Shown: one piece after another, positions 7,970 through 14,975 of the stretch
How positions within the stretch are numbered: the first letter of the stretch is position 1
How the letters are laid out: each line of letters opens with the position of its first letter
Origin: a bacterium
GTDB lineage: Bacteria > Fidelibacterota > Marinisomatia > Marinisomatales > UBA1611
Direction of reading: 5' to 3'
NCBI GenBank assembly: GCA_038127595.1
Contig: JAYPIC010000041.1
Location: 1-14,975 of the forward strand
Length of the DNA: 14,975 nt
Translations under genes and position numbers: made by a program
The notes under the pieces: model-generated
Database searches by the model: none
Told to the model about the DNA's origin: nothing
Seen by the model: the letters and a program-made list of their open reading frames with translations, nothing else

Positions 7970-10885
7970 TTAGAAAAAACTAACCCTTGAAAACACCCAA
8001 ATAAATCGCACCCTTTCTTTTATCCATTCAAAATTATTTGGTATCTTATTTTTTTCTTCCCAGTTTTGATACAATGGTATGATTAATGGACCCAGTTTTA
8101 TACCACCTGAAATATAATTTTCTTTGGGCAAGCTCGAACCAGTTGCATAATCAAAAAATATTTTACCAGGTATTTTAGGAACTTTTTGATCTATCCTTAA
8201 TGAGAAGATGTTATCAGTAGAGGCTATATAAGGGTTTTCAACATTAACTCCTCTAATTCCGCCATTATGATAGAATCCATTTAGAATGCTGAATTGATTA
8301 TCACCACTCCTGTCCCATACGTAATTATCAAAATCTGGTACAATTGACCCACTTAGATAATATCGGTATTGTTTGGGTATCTTGTCTGAAAATAAAAATG
8401 TTCCAAAATTGATTTTGATTAAAGTCTCAACTTTTTTTGAGAATTTTTTATAATATCCTGTTCTAAAATTCAACTTCGCAAAACTTGAACTGAAATGGAG
8501 TTGCGAGCCAATACTGAATTCATTAAACATATCGCGCTCCCAAAAATTTTTCATTGATATTTTAGCAATTCCAAACTCTCCCAGATCGTATAGTTCAGGG
8601 CTTAATGCTAAGTTTGATTTAATATTATGGTAGTATAAATCAATTTCTATTTTTTTATTCTCGTAGCTGTAGAGGTCTCTTTTTTGATTATTGCCAACAA
8701 ACTTAAAACTAGCACCTTCATGCCCATTGCGAGATTCAATCATAGATTCAAATATTCCAGAACTGAATGACCACAAATTATCAATTTCTTTTTTTGTCCA
8801 TACAATCCCATTTAACATTTTGGTTCTATCACCATATAAAAGCCAAGCATCAATACTTTGCCCACCAAATCCAGCTGACCCACCATATTTGATATAGACT
8901 CCGTTCGATAAACCGTCATAAGAATTATACATTGGAAACCATGGACTAACATTTAGATCAATATCATAAAATGTAGGCTTATCAAAAACGAAATTCATTT
9001 TTAACTTTTTATTTGTTGAATTATTTGTTCTGTTTACATCTGGCATATATTGATCTGGGTCAATGATAATTTTGCTACAGTTAGATGGGACATCTAGAGC
9101 GGTTTGTTTTTGTTTTGATCTAACCCAAATTCTATTTATTTCCTGATTGTCGTCATCATAATATGCAACCTCAGCCATAGCATTGAATGATCCAATGTTC
9201 TCAAGAAAATATTTTCCATTTTTTTTTGAAATTTTATAATCAATATATGTGGTACTATCAATCATATTTTCAAAAAACCAGTTTATATCCTCATCTAAAT
9301 GCTTATTAAAAAATGATACAAAGTCCTTAGGTCCAGGATGCTTGAATTTCCATGATTCATAATAGTCTTGCATAATTATATCAAGTTTTTCTTCTCCCAA
9401 ATAGTGCTGGAGATACCTCATCATGACAGAAACTTTACTATAATTTTTTCCATAATTTCTGTAAAAATAATTCTCATTAGATGAGATATTAAGTGGTTGA
9501 GCATCCTGGCTAGTAGCTCCTGAACAATAACCACTATACTGGTAGTAAGACATATCAACATTTTTGCCAATGCCTATTTTATCTTGTAATAGCTCGCTAA
9601 AGATAAACCTTCCATTCCTTTTATCGTATTTTTCTTCCCAATATCGTATACCTGAAAATTCAGTCAAACCCTCATCCATCCAAGCATGGTCTCTCTCATT
9701 TGTACCAAGAATTCCATAAAACCAATTGTGACCTACTTCATGCATGATTACATACTCTAGTAAATCTTCGGTATCGGATCGAGATATAACTGTAATATTA
9801 GGGTACTCCATGCCACCTCCGGCGGACATATTACCATCAACTGCAGTTATGTGATTGTATGGATACTCCCCATAAGATTTACTAAACCATTGACCCGAGT
9901 CATGTAAATACTCTAGAGATTTTCTCCAGGTCCATGCATTTTCAGGTAGATACATGCTCCAAAGGGTTACTTTGCGATTAGAGCTTGGTAGGCTTAACTC
10001 TCCTTTTTGTACTATCCAGTTAGGGTCTGCAAACCAAGCAAAATCATGAACATCCTTTTGTCTAAAATGAATGGTTTTATTTTTATAAACTTTTAATGAA
10101 TCTTTCTCGGTCGCTTTTTTGAGTTTTTCTTTTTTACCATCAATCTTTTTAAAATGCTCCTCTAGTTCCTTCTTAGATAGATTTTTTAAGGAATCTCCGA
10201 CAATGGCCAATGAATCTAACCAAGATAATTCTTTTTGCCCGTTTACCATATCACCAGTAGCCATTAATCGATAATTTTCAGGAAGTGTAATCTTTACATC
10301 AAAGGTTCCATACTCACTGTAAAATTCTCCCATATTTAAATATGGCATAGCGTGCCATCCATTTTTGTCATACACTGCTGGCTTAGGGTACCATTGGGTT
10401 ATTTCAAAATGTTTACCCATATGCCCTAGCCGTGATATAACTCTAGGTAATTTTACAAAAAAAGGTGTTTCAATTTTTATTTGAGCTCCAGGGAAAAGTG
10501 GTTCTGGCAAGAAAATTTTTGCTACATCAATATATTCACTATGAAATTGCCATTCTGCTTTAACACCATCCACAGAAAAATCCAGACTATCAATGTAACC
10601 CCTATTTGTTTCTTTTGTATTTAAAAATCTAGTGCTCCCTAATCGAAAAAATTGTTTGGCAAGTGCACTGGAATCATTTTTATATGCATTTGGCCATAAA
10701 TGAAACCAAATAAATTCTAAAGTGTCAGGACTATTATTCTTATAGTTAATTATTTCATATGCTGTTAAGGTTTTATCTGTGTCGTTAAGCGTGACCTCAA
10801 TGTCATAATCAACATCTTGTTGAAAATATATTTCAGCCCTTATAAATGTAATAGAAAAAATAAAAAATGCTGCAAGGACCCTCAT
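7970..10885 (-). CDS. Secreted M1-family (gluzincin) metalloaminopeptidase with long C-terminal extension
   Basis: Signal peptide MRVLAAFFIFSITFIRA, QWYPK, HDFAW, GGMEYP exopeptidase motif, HEVGHNW followed by WMDEG (HExxH-x18-E), and IDPD...D.NRTNN. Confidence 0.93.
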   Translation of the reverse strand: MRVLAAFFIFSITFIRAEIYFQQDVDYDIEVTLNDTDKTLTAYEIINYKNNSPDTLEFIWFHLWPNAYKNDSSALAKQFFRLGSTRFLNTKETNRGYIDSLDFSVDGVKAEWQFHSEYIDVAKIFLPEPLFPGAQIKIETPFFVKLPRVISRLGHMGKHFEITQWYPKPAVYDKNGWHAMPYLNMGEFYSEYGTFDVKITLPENYRLMATGDMVNGQKELSWLDSLAIVGDSLKNLSKKELEEHFKKIDGKKEKLKKATEKDSLKVYKNKTIHFRQKDVHDFAWFADPNWIVQKGELSLPSSNRKVTLWSMYLPENAWTWRKSLEYLHDSGQWFSKSYGEYPYNHITAVDGNMSAGGGMEYPNITVISRSDTEDLLEYVIMHEVGHNWFYGILGTNERDHAWMDEGLTEFSGIRYWEEKYDKRNGRFIFSELLQDKIGIGKNVDMSYYQYSGYCSGATSQDAQPLNISSNENYFYRNYGKNYSKVSVMMRYLQHYLGEEKLDIIMQDYYESWKFKHPGPKDFVSFFNKHLDEDINWFFENMIDSTTYIDYKISKKNGKYFLENIGSFNAMAEVAYYDDDNQEINRIWVRSKQKQTALDVPSNCSKIIIDPDQYMPDVNRTNNSTNKKLKMNFVFDKPTFYDIDLNVSPWFPMYNSYDGLSNGVYIKYGGSAGFGGQSIDAWLLYGDRTKMLNGIVWTKKEIDNLWSFSSGIFESMIESRNGHEGASFKFVGNNQKRDLYSYENKKIEIDLYYHNIKSNLALSPELYDLGEFGIAKISMKNFWERDMFNEFSIGSQLHFSSSFAKLNFRTGYYKKFSKKVETLIKINFGTFLFSDKIPKQYRYYLSGSIVPDFDNYVWDRSGDNQFSILNGFYHNGGIRGVNVENPYIASTDNIFSLRIDQKVPKIPGKIFFDYATGSSLPKENYISGGIKLGPLIIPLYQNWEEKNKIPNNFEWIKERVRFIWVFSRVSFF

Positions 10886-11635
10886 TTATTTAAATATTTC
10901 ATTAAATAAATTTGCAAGTCTTACACCAGCTTGCATAAGCCTCATATCAAGGATTGGTTTAACATTAAATAAATAACCATAACTTAAATTGTCATTAGAG
11001 TAGTCATAGCAAGATTTTCTATAGATACTAGACTCTTCAGCATATGATTCTATATCGCCGCTAGACCATTTTAAGCACATACTTTCATCAAATTCTAAAT
11101 TTAAAAAATGAGCATATTCAGTATAACTTAAATTTTGCAAATCAAATAATTTTTCATCCCATACCTCATGTAAATTGGTTTCGTCACCAAACCATTTTAC
11201 TTTTACATCGTTCCCGCCTCTATCCTTACCATTGCCAACATGTAAAGGCTGATGTAAATCACCAACAAGATGAACTAGCCACTTAATAGCCTGTTTTTTT
11301 TCTTCCGAATTTAAGTCTGCAGAGTTAGCATTTTTAGAGAACTCATTTATTTTATCTACTAATTTCCCAGAATACTTTCCAACTTCATAAACTTCTCCAT
11401 CAGGAATAGTGGCCCAATGCCAATCATTAGCATGATTCCAACTAGGATCTGATTTTATTCGATCTGCCCAAAAGCTTATATAAGCTAGATCATGATGACC
11501 TATGATATTTTTAATTTGTCTTTTAGCCTTATTTGAAAGCCTTTCCTCAGCTATTTTTCCTACTACACGATGCCCAGTATTGCCCCAGGCAAAAAGATAA
11601 CCGATCGAACAAATTATATATAAAAATACCTTCAT
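10886..11635 (-). CDS. S1/P1-family nuclease, secreted
   Basis: Signal peptide ending LFA followed by the mature-start WGNTGH; WADRIK, HLVGDLHQPLH, DRGGN and NLHEVWD Zn-ligand motifs. Confidence 0.95.
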   Translation of the reverse strand: MKVFLYIICSIGYLFAWGNTGHRVVGKIAEERLSNKAKRQIKNIIGHHDLAYISFWADRIKSDPSWNHANDWHWATIPDGEVYEVGKYSGKLVDKINEFSKNANSADLNSEEKKQAIKWLVHLVGDLHQPLHVGNGKDRGGNDVKVKWFGDETNLHEVWDEKLFDLQNLSYTEYAHFLNLEFDESMCLKWSSGDIESYAEESSIYRKSCYDYSNDNLSYGYLFNVKPILDMRLMQAGVRLANLFNEIFK

Positions 11636-11717
11636 TGGATATACTCAGAAAGTAAGGATTTTAATATTTTAAATTCAGAATTATTATATAAAGCTATTTA
11701 ACAAATAATAAAATTGC

Positions 11718-12425
11718 TTAGGAGAAATTCGTTTGCTTCTTTATTTCATTGTAGGCATCACTTACAGCTTTAAATTTTTCTTCGGCTGTTTTTTGTATTT
11801 CCTTTCCTAAGTGTGCGACTTTATCTGGATGATACTTTACTGCCATTTTTCTATATGCTTTTTTTACCTCTGAATCTGAAGCAGATGAACTGATTTCAAG
11901 AATTTTATATGCGCTATCAATATCTTTGATAAAAATGGCTTTTATTGATTCATAATCTTTTTTACTTATGTTCAAATAATTTGCTATAGTATGTATAACT
12001 TTAATTTCCTCTGGATGTATTTCCCCATCAGATGCAGATAGGCCAAACAGGACATGCATTAACTCTAGCCTGCTAGGGTGATCCATTGATTGTTGAATCT
12101 GTTTACATACATCTGCAGTGCTGTAATCCTGTTTCAATATCTCTTGAAACATCTTAATAAATACTTGAGCCTGTTTTTGGTTCAAGTTCCGCTTTAAAAA
12201 ATTTTTAATGTAATCCAGCTCTGATTTAAGAAGTTTTCCATCGGCTTTCATGATTTTTGCAAAAAGAACAAGGAGTGAGACCATAAAATCTCCTGCCTGA
12301 GACTGTTTTACTGTTTTATATGAACTATTGCTTGTACCTGCGAAAATAACACCTAAAATTCCTCCTATTGGACCGCCAAACGCCCAACCTAAGGTTCCCC
12401 ACAATATCTGCTTGCCTGAAATCAT
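11718..12425 (-). CDS. DjlA-like co-chaperone (N-terminal TM segment, TerB-like domain, C-terminal J domain)
   Basis: GGPIGGILG hydrophobic N-terminus, KADG and SDG TerB-type motifs, and J domain AYKILEI...[16 protein letters not shown]...[12 protein letters not shown]. Confidence 0.9.
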   Translation of the reverse strand: MISGKQILWGTLGWAFGGPIGGILGVIFAGTSNSSYKTVKQSQAGDFMVSLLVLFAKIMKADGKLLKSELDYIKNFLKRNLNQKQAQVFIKMFQEILKQDYSTADVCKQIQQSMDHPSRLELMHVLFGLSASDGEIHPEEIKVIHTIANYLNISKKDYESIKAIFIKDIDSAYKILEISSSASDSEVKKAYRKMAVKYHPDKVAHLGKEIQKTAEEKFKAVSDAYNEIKKQTNFS

Positions 12426-12427
12426 AT

Positions 12428-14254
12428 TTATCCCGCGTATTTCTCTTTTTTTCTTGCTGCTAAACGCTTGTTTTGATCTAATTCCATTTTCCTAAGCCTG
12501 ATTGATTCTGGTGTTATCTCAACGAGTTCATCTTCAGCGATAAACTCTATTGACTGATCCAGAGAAAGTTTTTTTGGAGGTCTTAAGTTTACAGTATTAT
12601 CTGATCCAGAAGCCCTCATGTTGGTCAATTTTTTTTCTTTTGTAATATTTACATTCAGATCTTCAGGTCTGTTTCTTTCACCCAAAATCATGCCGGTATA
12701 TACCTCATTTCCGACATCTAAAAACAGCTCTCCTCTATCAACCATGCCAAGGCAAGCATACGTGGTAACTTTACCTGGTCTATCAGCCACAATTGCACCA
12801 CTATTTCTTTGTGGAATCATCCCAAACCAAGGCTGATAACCATCAAATAATTTATTCATGATTCCTGCACCCTGAGTGTCAGTTAAAAATTGAGATCTAA
12901 ATCCTATTAATCCTCTTGATGGTATAGAGAACTCCATATTTACTCTACCACTTCCATGATTTTGAAGATTAGTCATTCTTCCTTTTCTTGTAGATAATTT
13001 TTCAGTGACCGTTCCCACTTTATCTTCTGGAATATCTAGAAACACCTTTTCCATTGGCTCGAGAATTTTCCCACCCTCTTCTTTTGTTATTACTCGTGGT
13101 TTAGAGACCATCAACTCATACCCTTCTCTACGCATTGTCTCAATAAGAACGGCCATTTGCAGTTCCCCTCTACCTCTAACCTCAAATACATCTGTTCTTT
13201 CGGTCTCTATTACTTGAATGGATACATTCGATAATATCTCTTTTTCTAACCTTTCCTTCAAATGTCTGGTTGTAAGATATTTACCCTCTTTGCCAGCAAA
13301 TGGACTATCGTTGACATAAAAAAGCATTGATACTGTTGGCTCATCCACCTCAATCCTTGGCAACGGTTCAGGTTTATCATTATTTGCTATTGTATCGCCT
13401 ATTGTAATATTGTCTATACCGGCTACAGCAATGATATCTCCTGCTTCAAGTTCATCAACTTGTATTCTATTTAAACCCTCAAATGTGTATAATGCCGAAA
13501 ATTTTTGTTGAGCCTTCACCTCGTTTTCGCTGCAAAGTGCATAAAACTCGCTCATTTTTAATTTACCATTATTCAGCCTTCCAATAGCAATTTGTCCAAC
13601 ATATGAATCATAGTCCAAGCTTGTTATCAAAAACTGAGCTCCCTTGTTATCATCAGCTACTGGGCCTTTGAATTCTTTTAAAATCGTATCAAATAATGGT
13701 TCCAAATTTGGAGAGGGTTTATTTAATGCATACTGAGCAAACCCCTCTTTTGCATTTGTGTATATGATAGGAAATTCAATTTGCTCTTCGTTTGCCCCCA
13801 AATCAATAAATAGATCATATACCTCATTTGTCACATCTTCAACCCGAGCATCTGCTCTGTCAATTTTATTGATAACAAGAATGATAGGAAGGTCTTTATC
13901 TAAAGCTTTTTTAAGTACGAACCTAGTTTGAGGAAGCGGACCTTCACTAGAATCCACTAATAGTAAGGCGCCATCAACAAGATTCAAGCTTCTTTCAACC
14001 TCTCCGCCAAAATCAGCATGGCCAGGAGTGTCCATTATATTTATTTTTACTCCATTATAAGTCACAGCGGTATTCTTTGCTGTTATAGTAATACCTCTTT
14101 CTTTTTCTAAATCCATTGAGTCCATCACGCGGTCTTCAACTTCTTGATGCTCCTGAAAGGTTCCACTTTGCTTCAATAAACCATCAACTAAAGTAGTTTT
14201 ACCATGATCAACGTGAGCAATAATTGCTATATTTCTAAAATTATCTTTTCTCAA
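12428..14254 (-). CDS. typA: Translational GTPase TypA/BipA
   Basis: [52 protein letters not shown] and [13 protein letters not shown] start preceded by a GGAG Shine-Dalgarno sequence. Confidence 0.98.
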   Translation of the reverse strand: MRKDNFRNIAIIAHVDHGKTTLVDGLLKQSGTFQEHQEVEDRVMDSMDLEKERGITITAKNTAVTYNGVKINIMDTPGHADFGGEVERSLNLVDGALLLVDSSEGPLPQTRFVLKKALDKDLPIILVINKIDRADARVEDVTNEVYDLFIDLGANEEQIEFPIIYTNAKEGFAQYALNKPSPNLEPLFDTILKEFKGPVADDNKGAQFLITSLDYDSYVGQIAIGRLNNGKLKMSEFYALCSENEVKAQQKFSALYTFEGLNRIQVDELEAGDIIAVAGIDNITIGDTIANNDKPEPLPRIEVDEPTVSMLFYVNDSPFAGKEGKYLTTRHLKERLEKEILSNVSIQVIETERTDVFEVRGRGELQMAVLIETMRREGYELMVSKPRVITKEEGGKILEPMEKVFLDIPEDKVGTVTEKLSTRKGRMTNLQNHGSGRVNMEFSIPSRGLIGFRSQFLTDTQGAGIMNKLFDGYQPWFGMIPQRNSGAIVADRPGKVTTYACLGMVDRGELFLDVGNEVYTGMILGERNRPEDLNVNITKEKKLTNMRASGSDNTVNLRPPKKLSLDQSIEFIAEDELVEITPESIRLRKMELDQNKRLAARKKEKYAG

Positions 14255-14291
14255 CTTATTCTCCGTGAATGCTAAATAAAGTTTAAACCAT

Positions 14292-14323
14292 ACAAAAAAA
14301 CCCTCATTGAAGAGGGTTTTTGT
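14292..14323 (-). terminator. Rho-independent terminator downstream of tRNA-fMet (potentially bidirectional)
   Basis: Minus strand ACAAAAACCCTC-TTCAAT-GAGGGTTTTTTTGT: a hairpin followed by a 7-T tract directly after the tRNA 3' end. Confidence 0.85.
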
Positions 14324-14325
14324 AG

Positions 14326-14399
<74 letters not shown>

Positions 14400-14437
14400 A
14401 TCTTTAATTTTTTTATCTATATTAAAATAGGGGTCGA

Positions 14438-14466
14438 AAGATAACTTAGGTTTAAAATATTTCCAA
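14438..14466 (-). promoter_or_regulatory. Candidate sigma70-type promoter for tRNA-fMet
   Basis: Minus strand TTGGAA (14466-14461), 17-nt spacer, TATCTT (14443-14438), then GC-rich TCGACCCC, typical of stable-RNA promoters; about 40 nt upstream of the tRNA. Confidence 0.6.
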
Positions 14467-14574
14467 TAGTTTCATAAAAATTTTGCAAAATTGTGTATTT
14501 TTGATTACTCATAAAATTTTAGGATAAATGGACTTACATTCATAAAATTCTGCCCGAGGATTTGGAGTTAAAAT

Positions 14575-14975
14575 ATGGCAAATAATAAAGAGCTTGATGC
14601 TCTATTACAGATTTTATCTGGTGAACAAACAATAATCCAAAGAACAGATCAAAAGGCATTTACCCTCTTATCTATTCTTGGAGCATTTATGGTGTTCTTT
14701 ATTGTGCACTTCACAAAAATGCAACTAGATATGGTCATTTTTTCTTTAATTATGATCTATTTTCCTGCTGCAATGGGAACAATTTATTTTTTAGTTCGCG
14801 TACTCATTCCAAGGGTTCGCGGTGCTAAAGAGTTAAATGATAATCCTGATGAAGAGCAAACTGAAGATATAAACCCAACATTTTTTGCAGGAATAAGTCA
14901 GTTCAATACTCCGAACGAGTATGCAAAATACTTAAAATCCATAGCTAATGATGAAAAAAAGCTTTATAAAATGTT
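14575..14975 (+). CDS. DUF5706 / Pycsar effector (PycTM)-like membrane protein, 5' part (runs off the right edge; not in ORF track)
   Basis: GGAG at 14564-14567, 7 nt before ATG 14575, then 133 open codons to the edge: MANNKELDALLQILSGEQTIIQRTDQKAFTLLSILGAFMVFFIVHFTKMQLDMVIFSLIMIYFPAAMGTIYFLVRVLIPRVRGAKELNDNPDEEQTEDINPTFFAGISQFNTPNEYAKYLKSIANDEKKLYKM. Pattern is D.KA, TM1, TM2, PR, FF..I, EY. Confidence 0.72.
   Translation, partial: MANNKELDALLQILSGEQTIIQRTDQKAFTLLSILGAFMVFFIVHFTKMQLDMVIFSLIMIYFPAAMGTIYFLVRVLIPRVRGAKELNDNPDEEQTEDINPTFFAGISQFNTPNEYAKYLKSIANDEKKLYKM

Noticed and set aside
8691..8897. 68-aa plus-strand ORF
   Set aside because: Antisense within the M1 peptidase; shadow ORF.
10886..12425. 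TerB/J-domain protein plus nuclease as an anti-phage module
   Set aside because: The DjlA-like architecture is a common housekeeping co-chaperone and the nuclease has an export signal, which fits nutrient scavenging better.
12618..13217. Two short plus-strand ORFs (12618..12836 and 13005..13217)
   Set aside because: Antisense within the highly conserved typA; composition typical of antisense frames.

Overview
AT-rich bacterial DNA. The compact gene packing and gene content suggest a marine FCB-group organism such as Marinimicrobia, but this lineage call is tentative. Nearly all genes are on the minus strand. In transcription order they are: initiator tRNA-fMet with its terminator, typA/bipA, a TerB+J-domain DjlA-like co-chaperone, a secreted S1/P1 nuclease, a large secreted M1 aminopeptidase, yaaA, a PNGase F-like protein, a DEAD-box RNA helicase, a YdjM-like membrane metal-dependent hydrolase, and a riboflavin operon ribD-ribE-ribBA-ribH (ribH is cut by the left edge). 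The ORF track misses two genes: ribH (1..171, -) and a divergent plus-strand gene starting at 14575 that runs off the right edge. The latter has the hallmarks of a DUF5706/PycTM (Pycsar-type) membrane effector. It is the first gene of its unit with no cyclase upstream, and is the best candidate for an interesting defence or signalling system. The PNGase F-like frame also extends about 60 codons upstream of the called GTG, through a signal peptide, with no ATG/GTG/TTG available, which points to a non-canonical start codon.
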